Part shown: one piece after another, positions 16,744-26,087 of the stretch
Layout of the letters: every line of letters begins with the position of its first letter
How positions within the stretch are numbered: position 1 is the first letter of the stretch
Source: Trichlorobacter lovleyi SZ
Lineage (GTDB): Bacteria > Desulfobacterota > Desulfuromonadia > Geobacterales > Pseudopelobacteraceae
DNA length: 32,000 nucleotides
Reading direction: 5' to 3'
Assembly: GCF_000020385.1 (NCBI RefSeq)
Contig: NC_010814.1
Location: forward strand, 3,090,001-3,122,000
The notes under the pieces: generated by a model
The model's database searches: none
The model's input: only the letters and a program-made list of their open reading frames with translations
What the model was told of the DNA's origin: nothing
Position numbers and translations under genes: made by a program

Positions 16744-16759
16744 AGGCACGGATTCTGCT
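16744..16759 (+). promoter_or_regulatory. Candidate sigma-54 (-24/-12) promoter upstream of the TonB-dependent receptor operon
   Basis: aGGCACG-GATT-cTGCT compared with the consensus TGGCACG-N4-TTGCW, with correct GG-N10-GC spacing. The caveat is that the predicted transcription start is only ~8 nt before the ATG at 16778 and no SD is visible. Confidence 0.3.
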
Positions 16760-16777
16760 AGAGTGCTTGACTGACCC

Positions 16778-18607
16778 ATGGAAACCATTCTACGCCATAG
16801 CCTGAAGATACTGCTGCCCCTCTGGCTGCTCACGGCACCGCTTACGGCCGCTGCCGAGCCGGACGACAGCATCGGTCTGCTTGATGCCTGGCAGGGGGAG
16901 ACCGTCTCTGCCAGCCGCCTGCCCAAGCCGGTTTCCCATACCGCTGAAAACGTCACCGTGGTAACCGCCGCTGAGATCCAGTCCATTAACGCCCATACCC
17001 TGATCGATATCCTTGCCAACGTACCCGGCATGCAGCTTGAATCAACCAGAACATTAGGTGGGCTGATTTACTTCCGCTCCCAAGGCTCCTCTTTCAACCA
17101 CATTCTGGTGATGATTGACGGGGTGCCGTTCAACAACCTTGGCGACAACTTCAGCGATATCGGCCTGATCCCGGCCCGGATCATTGAGCGGGTCGAGATC
17201 GTCAAGGGTGCCGCCTCATCATCCTGGGGCCAGGCGCTGGGCGGGGTGATCAATGTCATCACCAAGACACCTGACCGGGAGAGAAGAAGCGGCGGCAGCC
17301 TGTCCAGCTCAGTTGGTGAACGGCGCACCAGTGACAGCGGTGCCGAACTATCCGGGAGCATTGAACGGTTCGGCTACTACCTCTCAGGTGGCTACAGCGG
17401 CTCCAAGGGTCTGCTTGCCAACAATCACGGAGATTATAGCAACGCCTATGCCAAGCTTGTGTACGACCTGCCGGGCAAGGGGCAGCTGGCCGGGACATTC
17501 GGCTACAGCCAGGCCAACCGCGGTGATTTTGCCTTTGCCCCGCTTGATCTGAAGGAAGAGACCTACCCCCGCCAGCTGTTCAGCACCCTTACACTGAGAA
17601 CAACACTAACTGATCAGCTTGAACTGGAGCTTAACGGGCGGCACGCCACAAGGGAGCTCGGCTTAGATATCGGCCTGATCAGCACCTACCTGCCGCTGCA
17701 AAGCTACAACATTGATGAGACCGTATCAGGGGTGGGTGCGAAACTGCTCTGGAGAACCAGCAGTAATCTCCTGGCCGTGGGGATTGAATACGACCATGTC
17801 TGGATGCGCTCAACCGACTCTATGGTCCATGTCGATACCCTGAACAGAAAAACCGACCGCTGGGGGTTTTACCTGAACGACACCCTGACCGTTGGCAACT
17901 TCTCATTCTCACCTGGCGTGCGGCTTGATCTGACCGGCACCTCCGGTGATCAGTTCAGCCCATCCTTCGGTATCACCTGGCAGCTGACCGACACCACGCT
18001 GCTGCGTGCCTATACGGCCAGAGGCTACAGCCTGCCGGCCTTTCTGCTGGATCGCACCTCAGAGAAGGTCTGGACGTCACAAATCGGTTTTGAAAGCACC
18101 ACCATACCGTATCTCTGGCTGAAAGGCACCCTGTTCCGTAATGACACCTGGGACATTGTCACCTACGACTCGTTTTCCAACAGCTTCAACCATGAACGCC
18201 ACCTCAAGCAGGGCTTTGAGGTGGAGGCAAAGACCGCCTCGCTGTTCAACACGTCGCTATCGGCAGGCTACGATTATATTGATGCCCGCAACACCTCAAC
18301 CCACCAGATCGTCCAGGATATCCCGCGGCATACGCTGCTGCTGGGCTTGCAGTACGATGACCGGCAGTACCTCAAGGGGGTACTGAACGGCCGCCATATC
18401 TGGTGGAATGCAGCCAGCTACCACAACGGCAGCTACCAGGGGGTGATCTGGGATCTGCACCTGACCGCCACGCCGTTCGGCCGCAAGCAGCACGCCCCGG
18501 AACTGTTCTTTTCCATCCGCAACATCTTTAACGGGTCGCAATATCTTGACGAGTTCTTCAAGAACGCCGGACGCTGGGTTGAAGGCGGCATGAGGATTTC
18601 GTTTTGA
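16778..18607 (+). CDS. TonB-dependent outer-membrane receptor
   Basis: 609 aa. It has a signal peptide (LLPLWLLTAPLTAAA) and a plug domain (VTVVTAAEIQSINAHTLIDILANVPGM...GVINVITK). It also has beta-barrel-type alternating sequence and a terminal aromatic (GGMRISF). Confidence 0.9.
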   Translation: METILRHSLKILLPLWLLTAPLTAAAEPDDSIGLLDAWQGETVSASRLPKPVSHTAENVTVVTAAEIQSINAHTLIDILANVPGMQLESTRTLGGLIYFRSQGSSFNHILVMIDGVPFNNLGDNFSDIGLIPARIIERVEIVKGAASSSWGQALGGVINVITKTPDRERRSGGSLSSSVGERRTSDSGAELSGSIERFGYYLSGGYSGSKGLLANNHGDYSNAYAKLVYDLPGKGQLAGTFGYSQANRGDFAFAPLDLKEETYPRQLFSTLTLRTTLTDQLELELNGRHATRELGLDIGLISTYLPLQSYNIDETVSGVGAKLLWRTSSNLLAVGIEYDHVWMRSTDSMVHVDTLNRKTDRWGFYLNDTLTVGNFSFSPGVRLDLTGTSGDQFSPSFGITWQLTDTTLLRAYTARGYSLPAFLLDRTSEKVWTSQIGFESTTIPYLWLKGTLFRNDTWDIVTYDSFSNSFNHERHLKQGFEVEAKTASLFNTSLSAGYDYIDARNTSTHQIVQDIPRHTLLLGLQYDDRQYLKGVLNGRHIWWNAASYHNGSYQGVIWDLHLTATPFGRKQHAPELFFSIRNIFNGSQYLDEFFKNAGRWVEGGMRISF

Positions 18608-18618
18608 GGCGATTGCAG

Positions 18619-19488
18619 ATGCTGATAGTTGTTTTAGGACTGCTGGCACTGCTACCGCTTAGTGTTGAGGCCTATGAGGTGCTGGTTCTGCAGAGCAGCC
18701 GGGCACCTGCCTATGACGAAGCCCTGAAGGGAATCAGGTCGGTACGCCGCTTCAGTGAGCGGTTACTGATACTGAGCGACTACATGGATGTTGACCTGCA
18801 ACGGATTGCCCGTGAAGATCGCCCTCTGTTGATTATCGCCCTGGGAGACAATGCGTATCTTTCTGCGAGTAAAATCAGACAGATACCGGTGGTGGTAGTG
18901 ATGGCCCCCAACTACCGGGGCGGTTCAGGGGGGCACCCTGCACTAACCGGTGTTGAGCTGCATCTGCCCCCTGAACGTTATCTGGCCGTCTTCAACACCA
19001 TGGGGCTGAAACGGGTTGGCATTATCGGTAACCCGGCAAAGAGTAGCCATTACATCCGTCTGATTCAGCAGTCCGCACCACGCTACGGTATTGAAGCTAT
19101 TGTGCGCGAGGTATCGTCCCCAAGGGAGGTCACGGGGCAACTTTCCTCGTTACGGGGAGAGGTTGACGCACTCTGGCTGCTACCCGACGATACGGCGGTC
19201 ACCAGAGAAACCACCGATGCCTACTTCCTGTTTTCCATGCAACAGCAGGTGCCGGTTGTGGCGTTTTCAAGCGCCTATCTGCAATCGGGTGCAGCAGTGG
19301 CAGTTGAAATACAGCGATACGATATTGGGCGTCAGGCCGGTGAAATAGTCACATCCCTGCTGGATGGCAATGATGTCTCAGGCCATCCGGCAGCATCTCC
19401 CCGCAAATCATCACTCAGGATCAATCCCACGGTACTGCACAGGCTGGGCTTATCGCCGGATAGCATTAGGGCAGGAAGCAGCCGATGA
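18619..19488 (+). CDS. Periplasmic ABC-type substrate-binding-like protein (ABC_sub_bind/PF04392-like)
   Basis: The track ORF starts at TTG 18604, overlapping the receptor stop. I prefer ATG 18619 (MLIVVLGLLALLPLSVEA signal peptide, GAGG 9 nt upstream). The VLVLQSSRAPAYDEALKGI pattern is typical of the family, from memory. Confidence 0.7.
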   Translation: MLIVVLGLLALLPLSVEAYEVLVLQSSRAPAYDEALKGIRSVRRFSERLLILSDYMDVDLQRIAREDRPLLIIALGDNAYLSASKIRQIPVVVVMAPNYRGGSGGHPALTGVELHLPPERYLAVFNTMGLKRVGIIGNPAKSSHYIRLIQQSAPRYGIEAIVREVSSPREVTGQLSSLRGEVDALWLLPDDTAVTRETTDAYFLFSMQQQVPVVAFSSAYLQSGAAVAVEIQRYDIGRQAGEIVTSLLDGNDVSGHPAASPRKSSLRINPTVLHRLGLSPDSIRAGSSR

Positions 19489-21071
19489 GCCGGCTCAATC
19501 AAATCAAACAGTTTCTGGGCAGTTTCCAGAGCAGGATTTTTATTGCGTTTACGCTCTTGACTCTGTTGATTGCCATCGCATTCATGATCATAATGGCCAA
19601 CAACGAGATACAGAATTATCGTCAAAGGTCCCGGGAAAAGGCTCGTTTGCTGGCCACCATACTGGCAGACAGCGTCAAACTGCCATTATTCTCAGGAGAT
19701 GTGGCGACGCTTAAGACTCTGGCTGATACATTGCTTGAAACACCTCAAGTAGCTCATGTAGTGATCGCAGACCATGACCAGCGTGTCCTGGTCGAACGTT
19801 TTTCAAAATATATTCACAGCCCCCCCTCAGACATGACAACCGAGGGGATGCCGGTACACGCAACAGCTTCAACGCCTTCAGTGGATTCGGCACTTTCTGG
19901 CGGCCCTGCAACCCAGTCTCCTCCATTCGGTTCAGTGCGTGTCTCTATCGACACCAGAGATCTGAAGCTCTCCATCAGGAACACGCTGTTCAAGACCGGA
20001 GCAGTTGTGCTGGTGTTCTGGCTTGCCGTGCTTGCGGCAACCTACCCCATACTCAAACGGATCACCAGGTCATTTGACGTACTTACTCAAGGGTTGGGAA
20101 CTATGATGGAGGGAGACTTTTCCCTGAAGATTCCGGTGGAAAGTGACGATGAAGCCGGACGTGCCACACAGGCGGTCAACCGTCTGGCATCTGCACTGGA
20201 AGAACGCGAGACGGAAAACCGGAATCTGCAGGCTGAACTCGTGAACGCGTTGCAACTTGAAATACAGGAAGAAAAGCGCAAGTTCATGGCCAAGATGATC
20301 CAGACAAACCGGATGACGTCGCTGGGGTTGCTTATCTCCAGCATGGCACACAACATCAATACACCGAATGGCGCCATAAAACTGGCAGGGCACTACATTC
20401 AACGCTCCTGGAAAGACCTACTGCCAATCCTCGAAGGCGTGACAAAAGATGAAGGGGATTTTCAGGTTGGCGGGTTGCAGTTCAGTGAAGCCAAAACCGA
20501 GTTTTCGAGTGCCGCTGAGTCCATCTGCCGTAACGCAGAACGGGTTGAGCGGGTAATCCACGATCTGCGCGCCTACAATGTGGGGGAGCGCAGCGCCTTT
20601 GCCCCCGGGGTGTCGGTCAACCAGGCTGTGGAGGGGGCTTTAACCATTGTGCGCGCCCATGGCAGTCAGGCCCAGGTAAAGATCGTACACCGGCTTGACC
20701 CGGCTCTCCCGACCATTACCGGCAACCAAAACCAGATTGAGCAGGTGGTCGTGAACCTCTTGCTGAATGCCATGCAGGCAACACCCGGCAACGCTGAGGG
20801 GATCACGATTACAACCTGCCATATCCCGCTGCAGCATGAGATCCAGATTATCGTTATGGACGAAGGAGAGGGACTGCCCGAACTGGTTGCACAGAACCTG
20901 TTCAAACCATTCACCTCCACACGGATCGACAAGGGAGGCAGTGGCCTGGGCCTCTACATCTCCAACTTCATCATAACCGAACACAAAGGCAGGATTGAGT
21001 TCAGCTCAAACAGCCCCCAAGGAACCATTGTGACCGTATGCCTGCCGGTTATCCCCGCCGGTGACTGCTAA
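19485..21071 (+). CDS. Sensor histidine kinase (2 TM, ~150-aa extracytoplasmic domain, HAMP, DHp, HATPase)
   Basis: 528 aa. It has the H-box SSMAHNINTPNG, the N-box VVNLLLNAMQA and the G-boxes DEGEG and GGSGLGLYIS. The ATG overlaps the upstream TGA (ATGA at 19485-19488). Confidence 0.9.
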   Translation: MSRLNQIKQFLGSFQSRIFIAFTLLTLLIAIAFMIIMANNEIQNYRQRSREKARLLATILADSVKLPLFSGDVATLKTLADTLLETPQVAHVVIADHDQRVLVERFSKYIHSPPSDMTTEGMPVHATASTPSVDSALSGGPATQSPPFGSVRVSIDTRDLKLSIRNTLFKTGAVVLVFWLAVLAATYPILKRITRSFDVLTQGLGTMMEGDFSLKIPVESDDEAGRATQAVNRLASALEERETENRNLQAELVNALQLEIQEEKRKFMAKMIQTNRMTSLGLLISSMAHNINTPNGAIKLAGHYIQRSWKDLLPILEGVTKDEGDFQVGGLQFSEAKTEFSSAAESICRNAERVERVIHDLRAYNVGERSAFAPGVSVNQAVEGALTIVRAHGSQAQVKIVHRLDPALPTITGNQNQIEQVVVNLLLNAMQATPGNAEGITITTCHIPLQHEIQIIVMDEGEGLPELVAQNLFKPFTSTRIDKGGSGLGLYISNFIITEHKGRIEFSSNSPQGTIVTVCLPVIPAGDC

Positions 21072-22513
21072 GACTTTGCGCCGGACCACTTCCTGCTGTC
21101 ACACAGATCGAGCTTCTTCTGCAGCGTCGGCCTGCTGACCCCCAGCAGTTCGGCAGCGGCACTGCGGTTACCGTTCGCCTCTTCAATGGCTTCTTCGGTC
21201 AGAAGCAGTTCCAGCTCTTCATAGGTTGGAAACTCTGAAAAGATTCCATGCAACACAAACTGGTTACTGCCGATCCGGCGGATCATGTTGTTAAGGCCGC
21301 CACAACCGGTTGACAACCCGGGGAAATCATCAAGTTGCAGGGTACCGGAACGGTTATTGGTAACCGCGTTATTAATCTTGTTGATCAACTCCCTGACGTT
21401 GCCGTGAAAATCATAACACCTGAGCGACTTACGCACCTCACGCGAAAACCGTGGGATCGCCTTTTTCAGCTCTTGCGCTATGCGGGCAGCATAATGCTCC
21501 GCCAAGGGCAGGATATCTTCGCGGCGGTCACGCAGTGGCGGGACATGCAGGGAATGGGCGCTGATCCGGTAGTAGAGATCCTGCCGGAAGGAACCGGACT
21601 CAAAGAGGGCCTCAAAATTGGCGTTTGAAGCGGCAATGATGCGGGCACTGCTTTTTTGCAGCACATCGGAACCAACGCGGTAATATTCATTCTGTTGAAT
21701 AAGCCGGAGCAGCTTAACCTGTGACTGGACACTGATCTCGCCGATCTCGTCCAGAAAAAGTGTGCCGTCTTTTGCCTTTTCAATCAACCCCTCCCGGCTT
21801 TCGGTAGCGCCGGTGAACGCCCCTTTTTTGTGGCCAAAGAGAGAATCAGAGAACATGCTGTCATCCAGCCCGGCAACATTAACAGTTACCATGGGCCCCC
21901 TCAGACCGCTGGAGCGGTGAATGGCCTTGGCGATCAGCTCCTTGCCGACTCCGGTCTCACCGGTAATCAGAACGGGCTGTCTTGAGTGGCGCATGGCTTC
22001 AATAATCTTGAAAAGCGACTGCATCCGGTCACTACAGCTGATGATATCACTGAAGCATTCCGGATCTTCAAGGGGCTGCCCTTGCAGGTATCCTGTCAGC
22101 TTCTTGTTCTGACTGGCCAGTTCTTCCGTGGTAAAGGCCTTCTGAACAATAGAAACCAGACGGTTGGCGTCAAGGGGTTTGGTTATGTAGTCATAGGCCC
22201 CCTGCTTGATACAGCTGACCACATTCTCAAGATCAGCCACACCGGTCAGGATAATGACCGGCAGATAGGGATGCTGCCTGACTATCTCCGGCAGCAGGTC
22301 TGCACCGCTCAGACCGGGCATAACCCAATCGAGTATCAGTACGCTGTGCCCCCCCTCAGAGAGCTCCTGAAAAATTTTACTGCTGTCTTGCAAGGTTGTG
22401 ATGTTGGTTATCCCCTGGGTATGCAGGGTACGGCGGGCTTCTTCAAGGAATCCGGCATCATCATCAACCAGCAAGACTCCTTGTGCTTGTTTCGTTTGAG
22501 CAGGCTTCGACAT
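21068..22513 (-). CDS. Sigma-54-dependent response regulator (REC + AAA+ + Fis-type HTH; NtrC family)
   Basis: 481 aa. It has the receiver LILDWVMPGLSG, Walker A GETGVGKE, the GAFTGA motif, and a C-terminal HTH (NRSAAAELLGVSRPTLQKKL). AGGAGA lies upstream of the ATG. The 3' end overlaps the kinase 3' end by 4 nt (convergent). Confidence 0.93.
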   Translation of the reverse strand: MSKPAQTKQAQGVLLVDDDAGFLEEARRTLHTQGITNITTLQDSSKIFQELSEGGHSVLILDWVMPGLSGADLLPEIVRQHPYLPVIILTGVADLENVVSCIKQGAYDYITKPLDANRLVSIVQKAFTTEELASQNKKLTGYLQGQPLEDPECFSDIISCSDRMQSLFKIIEAMRHSRQPVLITGETGVGKELIAKAIHRSSGLRGPMVTVNVAGLDDSMFSDSLFGHKKGAFTGATESREGLIEKAKDGTLFLDEIGEISVQSQVKLLRLIQQNEYYRVGSDVLQKSSARIIAASNANFEALFESGSFRQDLYYRISAHSLHVPPLRDRREDILPLAEHYAARIAQELKKAIPRFSREVRKSLRCYDFHGNVRELINKINNAVTNNRSGTLQLDDFPGLSTGCGGLNNMIRRIGSNQFVLHGIFSEFPTYEELELLLTEEAIEEANGNRSAAAELLGVSRPTLQKKLDLCDSRKWSGAKS

Positions 22514-22674
22514 CTCGTTCTTCTCCTGAAGCTACAGCAGGTTATTGGGTGTTGAGTAACGTAGCAGAAGGCATGCCAAGATGTCAGACAGGTGTAAACT
22601 AAAAAGCAACAAGATGGCTACGTACCGTACCAGAACCACATGGGGAGATCAACGCTGCCACCTTCAGCAGAGAT

Positions 22675-23160
22675 CTACGGTTCCATCACAAATGTCAGGT
22701 CTCCGATCAGGCTCTCCGTACCGGTGTCGCGATTCCAGAGATAAAACTCGATCTTCCAGGGACCGGTCTGGCCACCGGCATTGATAAAAACAGTCGTAAA
22801 GCCGGGATTGTAAAAACTGTGGGGGCCAGACAGGCTGCTTTTGCCGGAGGGCTCGGTCAGACGGTAGCGGTAACCATAGAGGGGTACTCCGTAACGGTTC
22901 AGATAGCTGTTCACCGGAGGCCCAACCAGCCAGGCACCAAATTTCTTGTCCCGGTTGGCAAAGTATCCCTGTTCATACAGCTGTTTCTGTGACCAGCGTT
23001 CCCCCCGCTGGAGTACTGAGAGCACCGTGTCGTATCCTGCCGACTCGTCATAGACACCGACCCCCATTTCCTTCATCTGCCAACCGGCCGCAGGTGCGGT
23101 TACCACCAGAGCGCACAGAAGCGTCATTCCCAGTATCAGCATACGGAAAACAGCTTGCAT
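22675..23160 (-). CDS. Secreted hypothetical protein
   Basis: The track ORF starts at 23199. I prefer ATG 23160 (AGGGGAG SD, then MQAVFRMLILGMTLLCALVVTAPAAG signal peptide). No recognisable domain. Confidence 0.6.
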   Translation of the reverse strand: MQAVFRMLILGMTLLCALVVTAPAAGWQMKEMGVGVYDESAGYDTVLSVLQRGERWSQKQLYEQGYFANRDKKFGAWLVGPPVNSYLNRYGVPLYGYRYRLTEPSGKSSLSGPHSFYNPGFTTVFINAGGQTGPWKIEFYLWNRDTGTESLIGDLTFVMEP

Positions 23161-23202
23161 CTCATCTCCCCTTTCCAGGCCTGGGCCTGCTGCCATCAAT
23201 AC

Positions 23203-23985
23203 TTACCGGTCGCTAAAGACCGGCGCACGTTTTTCCAGGAAGGCAGCCATCCCTTCCTGCTGGTCAGCGGTGGCAAAGCTTAACGCAAACAGATCAGCTT
23301 CATAGCTGCAGGCCCGGTCAAGGTCCATTTCCAGACCATTCACCACCACCTCTTTGCAGAGTTTGAGGGCCATCAGGCTCTTGCCGGCCAGCTTCTGCGC
23401 AACTGCATTCGCAGCGGCCATCAGTTCTGCTGCCGGCACGACCTTGTTGACCAGGCCGATACGCCAGGCCTCCTGGGCATCAATCATATCGCCGGTCAGG
23501 ATCATCTCCAGTGCCCTGCCCTTCCCCACCAGACGGGGCAGACGCTGGGAACCGCCAAAGCCCGGCAGGGTGCCGATATTGATCTCAGGTTGTCCGAACC
23601 TGGCGTTCTCCGCTGCAATCCGCATATCGCAGCACAGGGCAAGTTCGCAGCCGCCGCCGAGGGCATACCCGTTGACGGCGGCAATAAAGGGCTTGGGGCT
23701 CTGCTCAATGGCCCGGCAGAGCCCATGGGCCAGCAGTGCCAGTTCACGCGCGGCAACAGGCCCCAGTTTCTGCAGCATGGCAATGTCGCCACCGGCGATG
23801 AAGGCCTTTTCGCCCGCACCGGTAATGATGACAGCCCGCACCACTGCAGAGGCTGACAATTCCTGCACAACAACGCTCAGTTCCTGCAGTGTGGTAACGG
23901 TCATGGCATTCATGCTGGCCGGCCGGTTGACCGTTATGGTGGCAATACCGTCTTTGGTCTCAACCATCAGTGTCGTCGTCGTCAC
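23203..23985 (-). CDS. Enoyl-CoA hydratase/isomerase (crotonase family)
   Basis: 260 aa with FIAGGDI and AAVNGYALGGGCELALCCDMRIA. Confidence 0.9.
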   Translation of the reverse strand: MTTTTLMVETKDGIATITVNRPASMNAMTVTTLQELSVVVQELSASAVVRAVIITGAGEKAFIAGGDIAMLQKLGPVAARELALLAHGLCRAIEQSPKPFIAAVNGYALGGGCELALCCDMRIAAENARFGQPEINIGTLPGFGGSQRLPRLVGKGRALEMILTGDMIDAQEAWRIGLVNKVVPAAELMAAANAVAQKLAGKSLMALKLCKEVVVNGLEMDLDRACSYEADLFALSFATADQQEGMAAFLEKRAPVFSDR

Positions 23986-24003
23986 CGTTTTACCCTCCCC
24001 CTG

Positions 24004-24879
24004 TCACAGTTCGCCATACACTCCCTCATCAATATCAACCGGTGCCATCACCTCAAAGTCCTCCATCGCCTCAACCGGCAACATGCCGGTTTCAACCCGC
24101 ATATAGGTCTGCAGTTCCTTCAGGCTTTGCAGGATGACCTCTTCATTTTTCGGAAACTCATGGGGACTGACCTCAAGGGTGACACAGCCTTTGTAGTCGG
24201 TATGTTTCAGGTGGTTCAGAAAGCGGGTCAACGGCAGGCGGCCATGGCCGGGGATCAGATGTTCGCGGTCAAAGCCATAATCCGAGAAATGGATATTGCG
24301 TATCCGACCTGACTCGTAGAACAGGTAGAAGTCATTGATGAAGTTGGCCTTGCCTGATCCCATGTGAGTGGTATCAAAAGTCAGAAAGAGGTTGTGATCG
24401 TGAATAAAGGTGATCATATCCCGGGTGGAGGAGAGGATATTGGGATTCAGCTTGAAGCGGCCGATACAGGGCATGTTTTCTATCGTAACCAGCACCTCGC
24501 CATCAATGCCGATCTCTTTTTGAAAATCCCGGATACGATACAGCCAGCGCCAGAATCCGATCTCCATCCCCATCCAGGATGGTGGATGGAAGTTCACCAG
24601 CGGGATACCGGTATCAGCAGCAAGTTCAATACTGTGAAAGAGTGATTGAATCGGACCGCCCCAGCCGTCCAGCGGCATAAAGGGGGCGTGAATGGAGTTG
24701 ATCGGTGCAATTTCCTGCAGGGAACGAACCACCTTCACCGGATTAACCCGTTGAAAGTCCTGATTGATGATCAGCTCAACCCCGTCGAAACCGGCCTCGG
24801 CAGATAGCTCAAAGGCCCGGCATATCGGCAGGGTAAACAAAGATCCGCTTGAAAGCGATATCTTCAGACAGCTGCTCAT
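24004..24879 (-). CDS. Sugar phosphate isomerase/epimerase (xylose isomerase-like TIM barrel)
   Basis: 291 aa. It shows AEAGFDGVELI, HAP, VNFHP, ENM and H..D...LEV-type patterns of the AP_endonuc_2 fold. Confidence 0.75.
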   Translation of the reverse strand: MSSCLKISLSSGSLFTLPICRAFELSAEAGFDGVELIINQDFQRVNPVKVVRSLQEIAPINSIHAPFMPLDGWGGPIQSLFHSIELAADTGIPLVNFHPPSWMGMEIGFWRWLYRIRDFQKEIGIDGEVLVTIENMPCIGRFKLNPNILSSTRDMITFIHDHNLFLTFDTTHMGSGKANFINDFYLFYESGRIRNIHFSDYGFDREHLIPGHGRLPLTRFLNHLKHTDYKGCVTLEVSPHEFPKNEEVILQSLKELQTYMRVETGMLPVEAMEDFEVMAPVDIDEGVYGEL

Positions 24880-26087
24880 CTGTAGGCACCAAAACTGACC
24901 TGCAGATAACGCTGCAGGTCGCCAACCGTCTCCAGCGAGAGCCGCAGCCGTTCAGACTCGGCGGCACCCAGTGCTGCCGTCGGCAGATAGAGAATATCCC
25001 TGCAGTCCAGCCCCGGCATTGCTGTTTGCTCAAGCACAAGCCGGTGTTCACTGAAACAGTACCAGGCATGCAGGGTACGCTCTGCCAGATCGACATCCAG
25101 TTTGCTGATCCGAACCAGTCCGCGCAGCCGTTCCGGCGTACCAACCAGGTTGACCCCATGCATCAGACTCAGGGCTGCCACCGCAGCAGCCAGGGGCAGA
25201 AAGGCATGATCTAGCAGCGAGAAACCGCCCCGATGGGGACCGCTTTTCTCAAGTTTAAGGCTGCCCATCATGCCGACGCCGTTTGAGAGCAACAGACAGC
25301 GTTCCACCAGGTTGGCGATAAAATCCCGCTGGCCAAGATACTGCTGACACAGGTTTCCAAAGCTGTCGGCAACGGCACTATCACCGGCCAGCGCAGTCCG
25401 GTCGGCCAGTCGCAGCAGCTCAATCAGTACACGCTGGTCTTTCTTGGCTGCCGCTGCTTCAAAACGGGTCTGCCACTGGTCAAGACTGCCACGCCAGTCA
25501 GGATTAAGCGGCGTGATGGTCTCCTCAAGGCTAACGCCACAGACCCGCAACCAGGCAACCAGTTCCTCTCCCAGTTGTACCATCAACGCCTCAGGCGCCT
25601 CACCATCCCAGACCAGTGCCAGCTGTACCCGGCAAAAACGGGTTGCTTCACGGCGGCCGGCCGGCCCCATGACCAGCAGCGCAAGCGGTGGTAATGGAGC
25701 ATCAATCTGTTGCCTGGCCAGGCGCAGACAGCAATCGCCCAAGGCAGAGAGAAAGGTTTCCGTCATGCTGAACATCGCGATCGGAGAGCCGAAGCGGCCA
25801 AAATGCCGGTAGGCGCGGTCGTAGAAATCAGCCAGCAGGGTACGCAGCTGAGACTGTTCTCCGGCAGAGGAGAGTTCCTTGGTCAGCCTCTCCAACCCTT
25901 CGCTCATGCTGTTGTTTTCACGTTCAACGACAGAGAGCAGATCCTCGGTCAACTCCAGCAGCTGTGCGATCCCTTCCGGATGACGGCGAGATGCGAGGCG
26001 GACTGCAGCCTCACGATAGGAAACCGCAAACTCCTCCACTCCGCGCCAGGAGGCAAAATCCTCACCTTTAGCAAGCAGAAGCGCCAT
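24876..26087 (-). CDS. DUF294-like putative nucleotidyltransferase / substrate-binding domain protein (no CBS/cNMP N-terminus)
   Basis: 403 aa. It has an NTase-like GPAGRREAT segment and a C-terminal helical domain (GMMGSLKLEKSGPHRGGFSLLDHAFLPL). Its position next to the DUF4212/SSS pair matches the known VC_2705-type neighbourhood, from memory. Confidence 0.55.
   Translation of the reverse strand: MALLLAKGEDFASWRGVEEFAVSYREAAVRLASRRHPEGIAQLLELTEDLLSVVERENNSMSEGLERLTKELSSAGEQSQLRTLLADFYDRAYRHFGRFGSPIAMFSMTETFLSALGDCCLRLARQQIDAPLPPLALLVMGPAGRREATRFCRVQLALVWDGEAPEALMVQLGEELVAWLRVCGVSLEETITPLNPDWRGSLDQWQTRFEAAAAKKDQRVLIELLRLADRTALAGDSAVADSFGNLCQQYLGQRDFIANLVERCLLLSNGVGMMGSLKLEKSGPHRGGFSLLDHAFLPLAAAVAALSLMHGVNLVGTPERLRGLVRISKLDVDLAERTLHAWYCFSEHRLVLEQTAMPGLDCRDILYLPTAALGAAESERLRLSLETVGDLQRYLQVSFGAYR

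Noticed and set aside
16693-17031. 112-aa minus-strand ORF upstream of the peptide ORF
   Set aside because: It is antisense to the signal peptide and plug domain of the TonB-dependent receptor and has no motifs.
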